From positions 128,001-192,000 of the forward strand of contig CAWBMV010000001.1 of assembly GCA_963789955.1 (NCBI GenBank): 64,000 bases of DNA, read 5' to 3'. Below the pieces are notes generated by a model. It searched no databases and had not been told where the DNA came from. It saw only the letters and a program-made list of their open reading frames with translations. The translations under genes were made by a program, and so were the position numbers. Shown here piece after piece: positions 27,968-37,157 of the stretch; the first letter of the stretch is position 1, and each line of letters opens with the position of its first letter. Source of the DNA: an uncultured Candidatus Rokubacteria bacterium. Its GTDB lineage: Bacteria; Methylomirabilota; Methylomirabilia; Rokubacteriales; CSP1-6.

Positions 27968-28409
27968 ATGTTGAGCGAGTTCAAGACGTTCATCATGCGC
28001 GGCAACGTGGTCGACCTCGCGGTCGGCGTGATCATCGGCGCCGCGTTCGGCACCATCGTCACTTCGCTCGTCAACGACGTCTTGATGCCGCCGATCGGGC
28101 AGGCTCCTCGGCGGCGTGGACTTCAAGGACTTCTTCGTCAGCCTGTCGGGCCAGTCCTTTCCGACGCTCGCCGCAGCAAAGGCCGCCGGCGCCCCGACCC
28201 TCAACTACGGCGTGTTCCTGAACGCGGTGATCAACTTCGCCATCGTCGCGTTCGCGGTGTTCCTGCTGGTCCAGCAGGTGAATCGGCTGTTCCCGAAGCC
28301 GGCCGGACCGGCGGCGCCGGCGATGAAGGAGTGCGCATGGTGCGCGTCGTCGATTCCGGCCGCGGCCAAGCGGTGCCCGCACTGCACGTCGAATCTCTCG
28401 GGCGCCTGA
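27968..28409 (+). CDS. mscL: Large-conductance mechanosensitive channel with C-terminal zinc ribbon (frameshift near 28100)
   Basis: [50 protein letters not shown]. Confidence 0.92.
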
Positions 28410-28460
28410 GCGGAGACTGGAACGACACGAGCGACCGGGCTTCGGCGGCCCGGTGACGCC

Positions 28461-29445
28461 GTGACCGACGTCGGCGCGACGAGTCTCGAGGATCCGTTCG
28501 AGGAGCTGTTCGCCCGCGGCGTGACCGATGGTCTCCCTGCCGTCCCACCGACGCGCGCTCGGGTCGAGGCAGCGATCGCGGCGTCCGGCCGCCCCCGCGA
28601 CGAGCTGATCGCGCTGGTGGCGCCCGCATTCGGGCGCGCGACCGTCGAGCGCATCGCGGTGAACGCGGTGATGGCCGGCTGCCGACCGGAATACATGCCG
28701 GTCGTGATCGCGGGTGTCGAGGCGCTGTGCGACGAGGGATTCAGCCTCGTCGGAATCTCCGGCACGACCGACGCGATCGCGCCCGTCTTCATCGTGAACG
28801 GACCCGTGCGGGACGCGCTCGGCATCAACTCCGGTGCGGGAGCGCTCGGCCCGGGCTACCGCGCGAACGCGACGATCGGCCGCGCGCTGCAGGCTGGTCT
28901 GGGTGAATCTCGGCGGGGCCCGCGCCGGGGCCATCAGCATGTCGACGTTCGGCAATCCCGGCCGCTATGCGTGCTGCTTCGGCGAGCACGAAGAGGCGAG
29001 TCCGTGGCCGCCTCTTCACGTCGAGCACGGCTTCGCCGCGGATGACAGCACCGTCGCCGCGCTGCCGGGGGAGCCACTTCAGGCGGTCGTCGACGGCCAG
29101 AGCCGGACCGCCGCCGATGTCCTCGACACGGTCGCGCGCAGCCTCGAGGTCGTCGCGAGCCACCGCACGGCCTCGCTCGGCGACACCTTGCTCCTCGTGT
29201 CGCCGATGCACGCGCGGACCATCGCGGCCGACGGCTGGTCGAAGGCCGATGTCCGCCGGTATCTCTGGGAGCGCCTCGAGGCGCGACGCCAGGGCCCCGC
29301 CCCGAAATTCCGCGCGCCGGAGCACCTGAAGCTGGTCGTCGCGGGCGGCGCCGCCGGGCCGTTCACCGCGCTGATCCCCGGCTGGCCCTTCGCCGACTCG
29401 CCGTCGCGTCTCGTGCTCAAGAAGATCAGCGCGCCCAGCCGGTGA
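28461..29445 (+). CDS. Conserved hypothetical protein (TDGLP-x-VPPT family), frameshift near 28890
   Basis: GVTDGLPAVPPT, ATVERIAVNAVMAGCRPEY, RANATIGRAL, TFGNPGRY, SPWPPLHVEHG. Confidence 0.75.
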
Positions 29446-30650
29446 CATATCCTCACGGCCTGCGCGCGCTGAATCACGACGAGTTTCGCCGCTTTTACTT
29501 CTCGCAGTTCGCGGCGCAGATCGGAAGCTGGATGCAGAACGTGGCGCAGGCCTGGCTCGTCCTGCAGCTCACGGACTCGCCCTTCAAGCTCGGCCTGCTC
29601 GCGACGCTCCAGTTCTCGCCGGTGCTGCTCTTTTCCATCGTCAGCGGCGCGGTGGCCGACCGCTTGCCGAAGCGGCCGCTGCTGGTCGCCACCCAGACGA
29701 CGCTCGCGTGTCAGGGGCTGCTGCTGGCACTCCTGGTGACGACGGGTCACGTCGAGTACTGGCACGTCGCGGTGCTGGGGCTCTTCCTCGGCTTCGCCAA
29801 CGTCGTCGATCAGCCCGCGCGCCAGTCGTTCGTGATGGAGCTGGTGGGCCGGGCCGACGTGTCGAGCGCCGTCGCGCTCAACTCCGCCGGGTTCAACCTC
29901 GCCCGGATCATCGGGCCGGCGATCGCCGGCGTCGTGATCGGACGCTTCGGAGTCGGGCCGACGTTCTTCGTCAACGGGCTCGGGTTCGTCGGCGTCATCG
30001 TCACCCTCTTGCGGATGAAGGCGCGCGGCATGCCGTCGTCGGCGCCGCGCGCGTCGATCTTCGAAGAGATCGCGGAGGGCGTGCGCTATGCCGCGGGTAC
30101 GCCGCGGCTCCGGCTCGCCATCGGGCTCGTCTTCGTGGTGAGCCTCTGCGTCTTCAACTTCAGCGTGTACGTGCCGCTCCTGGCCAAGAACGTGCTCGGG
30201 CTCGGCGCCGAGGGCTTCGGCTTTCTGATGGCGTCGCTCGGCGTCGGGGCGGTCGGAGGCGCGCTCACCGTCGGCGCGCGCGCGTCGCGCTACCCGTCGG
30301 TGCGGTCGATGCTCGTGTCGGGGACTCTGGCGTTGTGCATGCTGCTGGCGCTCGGCGTGACCCGCCGCATCGAGCTGGCGGTGCCGCTGCTCTTCTTCAC
30401 CGGTTACTGGGGCATCATGCTGATGGCGAGCTGCAACACGTCGATCCAGCTCCAGGCGCCCGACGGGCTGCGGGGCCGCGTGATGAGCATCTACACGTGG
30501 GTCTCGGGCGGAGTCTTTCCGATCGGCGCGTTCATCGTCGGCACGATCTCGCAGTGGTGGGGCGTGTCGGTGGCGTTCCTCTGGAACGGCACCCTCGGCC
30601 TCGTCGCCGTGGCCGCGCTCGGCCTCTGGTGGCGCTACCGGCGAGACTGA
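29442..30650 (+). CDS. MFS transporter
   Basis: About 12 TM; GSWMQNVAQAWLV, GAVADRLPKR, LRGRVMS. Confidence 0.9.
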   Translation: MTYPHGLRALNHDEFRRFYFSQFAAQIGSWMQNVAQAWLVLQLTDSPFKLGLLATLQFSPVLLFSIVSGAVADRLPKRPLLVATQTTLACQGLLLALLVTTGHVEYWHVAVLGLFLGFANVVDQPARQSFVMELVGRADVSSAVALNSAGFNLARIIGPAIAGVVIGRFGVGPTFFVNGLGFVGVIVTLLRMKARGMPSSAPRASIFEEIAEGVRYAAGTPRLRLAIGLVFVVSLCVFNFSVYVPLLAKNVLGLGAEGFGFLMASLGVGAVGGALTVGARASRYPSVRSMLVSGTLALCMLLALGVTRRIELAVPLLFFTGYWGIMLMASCNTSIQLQAPDGLRGRVMSIYTWVSGGVFPIGAFIVGTISQWWGVSVAFLWNGTLGLVAVAALGLWWRYRRD

Positions 30651-30660
30651 CGGCGGTCGT

Positions 30661-32562
30661 CTACTTCTTCGGGTAACCCCGCGTGCCGAGCGCCTCGGTG
30701 ATCTCGGCGAGAATCACCGGGTCGTCGATCGTCGCCGGCGCGACGTACTCCTGGCCGTCGGCGATCTTCTTCATCGTCCCGCGCAGGATCTTGCCCGAGC
30801 GCGTCTTCGGGAGCCGCTTGACCACGAGCGCGGTCTTGAACGAGGCGACCGGACCGATGCGCTCGCGAACCTTCTCGACCAGCTCCCGGACGATCTCGCC
30901 CTCGTCGCGCGCGACTCCGGCCTTGGTGACGACGAAGCCGACGGGCACCTCGCCCTTGATCTCGTCCGCGACGCCGACGACCGCGCACTCGGCCACGTCG
31001 GGATGGCCGGCCAGCACCTCTTCCATCGCGCCGGTCGAGAGGCGATGTCCGGCGACGTTGATGATGTCGTCCACCCGACTCATGATGTAGACGTAGCCGT
31101 CCGAGTCCTTGTAGCCCGCGTCGCCGGTCAGATAGTGGCCGGGATGCTTCGCGAGATAGGACTTCTCGTACCCGGCGTCGTTGTTCCACAGGGTCGGCAG
31201 GCATCCCGGGGGCAGCGGCAGGCGGATGGCCACCGAGCCGATCTGGCCCGCGGGCATCTCCTGGTTGTCCTCACCGAGCACGCGGACGTCGTAGCCCGAG
31301 ACCGGTTTCGTGGGCGAGCCCGGCTTCACCGGGAGCATGCCGAGGCCGACGCAGTTCGCCGCGATGGGCCACGCCGTTTCCGTCTGCCACCAGTGATCGA
31401 CCACGGGCACGTGGAGCCGATCCTCGGCCCAGTGGAGCGTGTCGGGGTCGCAGCGCTCGCCGGCGAGGAACAAGGTGCGGAACCGCGCGAGGTCGTACTT
31501 CGTCATGTACGTCCCTCGAGGGTCTTCCTTCTTGATCGCGCGAAACGCCGTCGGCGCCGTGAAGAGCGCGTTCACGCCGTGGTCGGCGATGACGCGCCAG
31601 AACGCGCCGGGATCCGGTGTGCCCACCGGCTTGCCCTCGTAGAGGATCGTGGTGCAGCCCTTCAGCAGCGGCGCGTAGACGATGTACGAGTGGCCGACGA
31701 CCCAGCCGATGTCCGAGGCGGCCCAGAACGTTTCCCCGGCTCCCATGCCGTAGACGGCGTTCATCGACCACTTGAGCGCGACGGCGTGACCGCCGTTGTC
31801 GTGCACGACACCCTTGGGGATTCCCGTGGTGCCCGACGTGTACAGGATGTAGAGGGGATCCGTGGCGAGGACCGGCACGCAGTCGACGGGGGCCGCGGCG
31901 GCCAGCGCCTCGTTCCAGTCGAGGTCGCGCCCGCGGACCATCGGCGCGGCCTCCTGCGGCCGCTGCAAGATCACGCAGCGCGTGACCTTGTGCTGCGCCA
32001 GCTCGATCGCGCCGTCGAGCAGCGGCTTGTAGGGAATGACGCGATTGACCTCGATGCCGCAGGACGCCGAGAGAATGGCCTTCGGCTTGGCGTCGTCGAT
32101 CCGCTTGGCCAGCTCGTTCGAGGCAAAGCCGCCGAAGACCACGGAGTGAATCGCGCCCAGGCGCGCGCACGCGAGCATCGCGATCACGGCCTCGGGCACC
32201 ATCGGCATGTAGATGATCACGCGGTCGCCCTTCTCGATCCCCAGACGCCGGAGCATGCCGGCGCAGAGCGCGACCGCGTCGCGAAGCTCGAAATAGGTGT
32301 ACGTCCGCACCGTGCCGGTGACCGGGCTGTCGTAGACCAGCGCCCGCTGCTTGCCACGGCCGCGGTCGACGTGCACGTCGACCGCGTTGTAGCAGGTGTT
32401 GAGCTCGCCACCCACGAACCACCGGTAGAACGGACGGCGCGAGTCGTCGAACACTCGATCCCACCGCCGGTCCCAGTGGATGTCTTCCGCGGCCGCGGCC
32501 CAGAACCCCTGGGGGTCCCGCATCGACCGCGCGTATGTCTCGTCGTAGACACTCTTGGTCAT
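30661..32562 (-). CDS. prpE: Propionyl-CoA/acyl-CoA synthetase
   Basis: YTSGTTGIPKG, ASDIGWVVGHSY, LAGERCD, DHWWQTE, LPKTRSGKILR. Confidence 0.88.
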   Translation of the reverse strand: MTKSVYDETYARSMRDPQGFWAAAAEDIHWDRRWDRVFDDSRRPFYRWFVGGELNTCYNAVDVHVDRGRGKQRALVYDSPVTGTVRTYTYFELRDAVALCAGMLRRLGIEKGDRVIIYMPMVPEAVIAMLACARLGAIHSVVFGGFASNELAKRIDDAKPKAILSASCGIEVNRVIPYKPLLDGAIELAQHKVTRCVILQRPQEAAPMVRGRDLDWNEALAAAAPVDCVPVLATDPLYILYTSGTTGIPKGVVHDNGGHAVALKWSMNAVYGMGAGETFWAASDIGWVVGHSYIVYAPLLKGCTTILYEGKPVGTPDPGAFWRVIADHGVNALFTAPTAFRAIKKEDPRGTYMTKYDLARFRTLFLAGERCDPDTLHWAEDRLHVPVVDHWWQTETAWPIAANCVGLGMLPVKPGSPTKPVSGYDVRVLGEDNQEMPAGQIGSVAIRLPLPPGCLPTLWNNDAGYEKSYLAKHPGHYLTGDAGYKDSDGYVYIMSRVDDIINVAGHRLSTGAMEEVLAGHPDVAECAVVGVADEIKGEVPVGFVVTKAGVARDEGEIVRELVEKVRERIGPVASFKTALVVKRLPKTRSGKILRGTMKKIADGQEYVAPATIDDPVILAEITEALGTRGYPKK

Positions 32563-32643
32563 TGGTTGAGTCCTCCTGCGATTCGCCCCCGGGCGCCCGG
32601 GAACGTTAGCACGGCCGGCGCTCGGGCCGCCACCGGCTACCTC

Positions 32644-32673
32644 TTGACAATCTCGATCGACAATGTGTATTTT
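32644..32673 (+). promoter_or_regulatory. Sigma70-type promoter
   Basis: TTGACA-N18-TATTTT in a locally AT-rich patch, overlapped by an imperfect inverted repeat ATCTCGATCGA...TCGATTCGAGAT. Confidence 0.6.
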
Positions 32674-32687
32674 GCCATCGATTCGAG

Positions 32688-32894
32688 ATGACTACGCAGG
32701 TCGAGCACGCGACGTCGCTCCGTTGCCCGGTGTGCCGGGCAAAGGTCGTGGTGGCGCTCCAGGATGAGGTCGTCATCCACAACGCCATCATCAAGGTCGA
32801 CTTTCCCACCGGGCGCGTGACGGCCAAGTGTGCGCGATGTAAAGCGTGGGTGCAGGTTCCACTGCGGTACATCGGAGACGTGACTCCCTCGTAG
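32688..32894 (+). CDS. Small C4 zinc-ribbon protein (68 aa), tentatively Mu Com-like
   Basis: LRCPVC-x31-CARCK; sits directly behind the promoter. Confidence 0.7.
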   Translation: MTTQVEHATSLRCPVCRAKVVVALQDEVVIHNAIIKVDFPTGRVTAKCARCKAWVQVPLRYIGDVTPS

Positions 32895-32918
32895 GCGACG
32901 TCGAAACCAAAAGACATG

Positions 32919-32965
32919 GGCCGGGAGGAGGGCCGACGCGAGGCCCGCCTCCCGGCCTTTTGTTT
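32919..32965 (+). terminator. Terminator/attenuator-like hairpin between the zinc-ribbon gene and sulfite reductase
   Basis: GGCCGGGAGG-A-GGGCC-GACGCGA-GGCCC-G-CCTCCCGGCC followed by TTTTGTTT, then GGAGG RBS at 32968. Confidence 0.7.
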
Positions 32966-32977
32966 CTGGAGGCACTG

Positions 32978-34675
32978 ATGAGCGAAACCGTGAAAGAGAC
33001 GAAGGCACAGCGGGTCGAGCGGCTCAAGCGTGAGCTGAATCCGTGGGAGGCCTATGCCGACATCCAGCGGTTCGCGCGCGAAGGCTGGGACTCCGTGCCC
33101 CCGGAGTGGTTCGGCGCGTATTTCCGCTGGTGGGGCATCTACACGCAGGGCGACGGCGTCGGCGCGATCGGCGGCAAGGGCGGCGAGGGCAAGGCGGTTC
33201 GCCATCTGATGGTGCGGATCCGCATTCCGAACGGTGTTCTCGACTCACGTCAGCTCCGGACGATCGCCGACCTCGCCGAGTGGCACGGACGCGGGATCGC
33301 CGACATCACGGTCCGCCAGAACTTTCAGCTGCACTGGGTGACGCTCGAGAGCCTGCCGGAGGTGTTCCAGGCGCTCTGGCTCAAGGACGTCACCACGATG
33401 GGCTCGTGCGGCGACGTCACGCGCAACGTCACCGGTTGCCCGGTCGCGGGACTCGACGCCGAGGAGCTGGTCGACGCCTCGCCGCTCGTCCGGGAGGCGA
33501 CGGAGCTGGTGAACGGGAACGCCGCCTTCTACAACCTACCGAGAAAGTTCAAGGTCTCCATCTCGGGATGCCGTGCCTGGTGCACGTATCCCGAGGTCAA
33601 CGACATCGGTCTCACGGCGGTTCGCCACCCGGCGAGCGGCGAGATCGGCTTCGCCGTGCGCGTCGGGGGCGGGCTCTCGACCGACCCGCACCTCGGCGTC
33701 AAGCTCGACGCGTTCGTGCCGCGCGCTCAGGCGCTCGGAGTATTCCGGGCGATCGCCGAGATCTTCCGCGACTCCGACGTGCTCCGTCAGAACCGCGAGC
33801 GCGCCCGTCTGAAGTTCCTGTTCCTCCAGCACGGCTGGACGGCCGAGCGCTTCAAAGCCGAGATCGAGGCGCGCCTGGGCGCTCCGCTGGCGCCGGGCGT
33901 TCCCGACGACCCGCCCGACGACGCGTACCGCGACCACGTCGGCATCCACGCGCAGCAGCAGCCGGGCTACTGCTACGTCGGCGTCGCCGTGTTGCGCGGG
34001 CGCCTCACGGCGGACCAGATGCGGGTCGCCGCCGAGCTCGCCGATCGCTACGGCTCCGGCGCGGTCCGGACGACGAGCATGCAGAACTTCCTGATCCCGA
34101 ACGTTCGCCGCGAGAGCGCTCAGGCACTGGCGCGCGAGCTCGAGGGCGCCGGCTTCGCGATCGATGCCTCGCCCTTTCGCCGCGGCACCGTCGCCTGCAC
34201 GGGCTCAGAGTTCTGCAAGCTGGCGCTCACCGAGACCAAGGGCTTCGCGCGCGGGCTCGTCGAGAGCCTTGAGCAACGGCTGCCGGGGTTCGACCAGCAG
34301 CTTCGGATCAACGTCACGGGCTGCCCGAACAGCTGCGGTCAGCACTGGATCGCCGACCTCGGGATCGAGGGCAAGAAGGTCAAGGTGGACGGCGTGGTCG
34401 TCGACGCCTACTACTTCTGCGTCGGGGGCGCCGTCGGCCGGCATCAGGCCGTTGCCCGGCCGATCGGGCTGCGTCTGCCGGCGACCGGGGTGGCGCCGGC
34501 GATCGAGCGCCTGCTGCGCGCCTTCCAGGCCGAGCGACGAGACGACGAGAACTTCCGCCAGTTCGCCGCCCGTCACACCGACGAGGAGCTGCGCGGCCTG
34601 CTCGCCGGCGAGCTCGTCGAGGCCGTGGCGCGCGATGCCGCCGCGGACCGACCGCCGCACGGCGTCGACGGCTGA
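32978..34675 (+). CDS. sir: Siroheme nitrite/sulfite reductase (ferredoxin-type)
   Basis: WWGIYTQG, ITVRQNFQLH, NLPRKFK, ACTGSEFCKLA..TGCPNSCG siroheme/4Fe-4S Cys. Confidence 0.88.
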   Translation: MSETVKETKAQRVERLKRELNPWEAYADIQRFAREGWDSVPPEWFGAYFRWWGIYTQGDGVGAIGGKGGEGKAVRHLMVRIRIPNGVLDSRQLRTIADLAEWHGRGIADITVRQNFQLHWVTLESLPEVFQALWLKDVTTMGSCGDVTRNVTGCPVAGLDAEELVDASPLVREATELVNGNAAFYNLPRKFKVSISGCRAWCTYPEVNDIGLTAVRHPASGEIGFAVRVGGGLSTDPHLGVKLDAFVPRAQALGVFRAIAEIFRDSDVLRQNRERARLKFLFLQHGWTAERFKAEIEARLGAPLAPGVPDDPPDDAYRDHVGIHAQQQPGYCYVGVAVLRGRLTADQMRVAAELADRYGSGAVRTTSMQNFLIPNVRRESAQALARELEGAGFAIDASPFRRGTVACTGSEFCKLALTETKGFARGLVESLEQRLPGFDQQLRINVTGCPNSCGQHWIADLGIEGKKVKVDGVVVDAYYFCVGGAVGRHQAVARPIGLRLPATGVAPAIERLLRAFQAERRDDENFRQFAARHTDEELRGLLAGELVEAVARDAAADRPPHGVDG

Positions 34676-34676
34676 G

Positions 34677-35306
34677 ATGGGCTACTACCCGGTGCTTCTC
34701 GACCTCGCGGGCCGCCGATGCGTCATGGTCGGCGGGGGCATCATCGCCGGGCGACGAGTCGACGGCCTGTTGACGGCGGGCGCGCGCGTGACGGGGATCA
34801 GCCCTCGGTTGACGCGGACCCTGGCGGCGCTGGCCGCCGAGGGTCGCATCGAGCACGAAGCACGCGAGTATCGCGACGGCGATCTCGACGGGGCGGATCT
34901 CGCGTTCGTCGCGACCGATGCGGGCGCGGTGAACGCGGCGGTGGCCCGGGAGGCGCGGGCGCGCGGCGTCTGGATCAACGCCGCCGACGATCCGGCGCGC
35001 TGCACGTTCATCCTGCCGGCGCTCGTTCGCCGCGGCGATCTCACCGTCGCCATCGCGACCGGCGGCTCGAGCCCCGCCCTCGCGCGCGCGATCCGCGAGG
35101 AGCTCGAGACCTACCTGACCGATGACTACGCGACCCTGGCGGCGATCGCGGCCGAGGCCCGGCGCGAAGTGCGGGCGTTGGGACGGCCGGTGGCCGCCGA
35201 CGCCTGGCGGCGCGCGCTCGGCCCGGAAGTTCGACGGCTCATCGTCGAACGGGGCCGCGACGATGCCAAGCAGCGTTTGCTCGAGCTGCTCGGAGTGGAC
35301 TCGTGA
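34677..35306 (+). CDS. Precorrin-2 dehydrogenase/sirohydrochlorin ferrochelatase (CysG N-terminal, Met8p-like)
   Basis: YYPVLLDLAGRRCVMVGGG, NAADDPARCTFILPA, ATGGSSPALAR. Confidence 0.9.
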   Translation: MGYYPVLLDLAGRRCVMVGGGIIAGRRVDGLLTAGARVTGISPRLTRTLAALAAEGRIEHEAREYRDGDLDGADLAFVATDAGAVNAAVAREARARGVWINAADDPARCTFILPALVRRGDLTVAIATGGSSPALARAIREELETYLTDDYATLAAIAAEARREVRALGRPVAADAWRRALGPEVRRLIVERGRDDAKQRLLELLGVDS

Positions 35307-36076
35307 AAGCCGGCACGGTCGCCCTCGTCGGCGCGGGCCCGGGAGATCCCGGCCTCATGACGGTGCGCGGTCTCGAGCTCCTGCGGCGCGCGCACGTCGT
35401 CGTCTACGATCGGCTGGTCGATCCGCGGCTGCTCGACGAAGCGCCGCGCGCGCGGCGCATCTTCGCGGGCAAGGCGTCCGGCAACCACGCGTTGCCGCAA
35501 GAGTGGATCAACGCGCTCCTGATCCTGCACGCGCGGCGCGGCCGGCGGGTCGTGCGGCTCAAGGGGGGCGACCCGTTCGTGTTCGGGCGCGGCGGCGAAG
35601 AGGCCGAGGCGCTGGCGCGCGCGCGGATCCCGTTCGAGGTCGTCCCCGGCGTCAGCTCGGCGGTCGCCGTGCCGGCGTACGCCGGAATTCCCGTCACCCA
35701 TCGCGGCGTCGCGTCCTCGTTCACGGTGGTCACGGGCCACGCGAGCGCATCAGGACGCGAGTCGAAGGTCGACTGGGCGCGGCTCGCACGCTCGGCCGAC
35801 ACGCTGGTGGTCTTGATGGGGGTGGAGAGCCTTCCCCGGATCACGCGCGAGCTGATCGCGCACGGACGCCCCGCGACGACGCCGGTCGCGCTGGTGCGCT
35901 GGGGGACCACGAGCGCCCAGGAGACGGTCACGGGCACCCTCAGGGATATCGCCGCCCGCGCCGCCAGAGCTCGGCTCGAGCCCCCGGTCGTGATCGTGAT
36001 CGGCGACGTGGTCGCGCTCCGCGACCGGCTCCAGTGGTTCGACGACAACCGTATTGCTATGGAGGTCGCTCAGTGA
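35303..36076 (+). CDS. cobA: Uroporphyrinogen-III C-methyltransferase
   Basis: VGAGPGDPGLMT, RLKGGDPFVFGRGGEE, GIPVTHRG. Confidence 0.95.
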   Translation: MKAGTVALVGAGPGDPGLMTVRGLELLRRAHVVVYDRLVDPRLLDEAPRARRIFAGKASGNHALPQEWINALLILHARRGRRVVRLKGGDPFVFGRGGEEAEALARARIPFEVVPGVSSAVAVPAYAGIPVTHRGVASSFTVVTGHASASGRESKVDWARLARSADTLVVLMGVESLPRITRELIAHGRPATTPVALVRWGTTSAQETVTGTLRDIAARAARARLEPPVVIVIGDVVALRDRLQWFDDNRIAMEVAQ

Positions 36077-37047
36077 ACGTTCGACTGTCCGCGCCCATCG
36101 GCATCCTCGACGAGCATCCGGAGTGGTCGGCCAGGCTCATCGCCGAGCTCGAGCATCGGCGGCTGCCGTTCGAGAAGATCGACCACTCGAACCACGGCTT
36201 CGACCCGCGCGATCGGGTCCCGCGCTATTCGGTCATCGTCAATCGCACGAGTCCCTCGTCGCACCGGCGCGGCCACGGCGGCGTCCTCTTCTACGCCGAG
36301 GCGCTGCTCGCGCACTGGGAGTCGCTCGGGGTGCCGGTCATCAATCCGGTTCGCGCCTATCGCTTCGAGAAATCCAAGGCGCTCCAGCTCGGTCTCTTCG
36401 AGCGTCTGGGCATCAACTATCCGCGGACGGTCGTCGTGAACCACCGCGACCAGGTCTTGAAGGCGAGCGCCGAGCTTCGATTCCCGCTCCTCGTCAAGCC
36501 GAACATCGGCGGCTCGGGCGCGCTCATCGAGCGATTCGAAACACGCGCGGACCTCGAGTCGAGGGCGGCCGCGCTCGACTTCGGCCCGGACGGAACGGCG
36601 CTGGTGCAGGAGTTCATCGAGTCCCAGGACGGTGCGATCGTTCGGGTCGAGGTGCTGGACGACCGGTATCTGTACGCGATCCGAATCGTCCGCCCGGCAT
36701 CCGATTTCAATCTCTGCCCGGCCGACATCTGTCGGGTGCCCGATGCCGCGCCGAGCGCCGAGCTCGGCGCGTGCCCGGTCGAGGCCAAGCCGGGGCTCCA
36801 GGTGACGCGCTATGACGCCCCGGCGGCCGTGGTCGACCAGGCCCGAGCCCTCGCGCGCGGGGCGTCGATCGACGTCGGCGGAATCGAATATCTCGTCGGG
36901 CGCGAGGACGGCCGCGTCTATTTCTACGACGTGAATGCCACGTCGAACTTCGTCGCCAACGCCCCGGCGGTGCTCGGGTTCGACCCGTTTCCGCCGTTCG
37001 CGGACTACATCGTCCGCGTGGCGACCCAGGCCGGAGACCGCGCATGA
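36073..37047 (+). CDS. RimK/glutathione-synthetase-like ATP-grasp ligase
   Basis: FPLLVKPNIGGSG, LVQEFI, GGIEYL..FYDVNATSNF; GTGA overlap with cobA. Confidence 0.8.
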   Translation: MNVRLSAPIGILDEHPEWSARLIAELEHRRLPFEKIDHSNHGFDPRDRVPRYSVIVNRTSPSSHRRGHGGVLFYAEALLAHWESLGVPVINPVRAYRFEKSKALQLGLFERLGINYPRTVVVNHRDQVLKASAELRFPLLVKPNIGGSGALIERFETRADLESRAAALDFGPDGTALVQEFIESQDGAIVRVEVLDDRYLYAIRIVRPASDFNLCPADICRVPDAAPSAELGACPVEAKPGLQVTRYDAPAAVVDQARALARGASIDVGGIEYLVGREDGRVYFYDVNATSNFVANAPAVLGFDPFPPFADYIVRVATQAGDRA

Positions 37048-37136
37048 GCTTGCAGCTCGGAGATACCGCTCCCGATTTCACCGCCGTCACGACCGAAGGA
37101 CCGATCAGCTTTCACGAGTGGATCGGCAGCGCCTGA
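37044..37136 (+). pseudogene. N-terminal 30-aa remnant of a 1-Cys peroxiredoxin (Prx6)
   Basis: MSLQLGDTAPDFTAVTTEGPISFHEWIGSA* matches the Prx6 N-terminus but ends before FSHP..FTPVC; no continuation seen in other frames. Confidence 0.75.
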
Positions 37137-37157
37137 CCTCGCAGCCGAGATAGCGAC

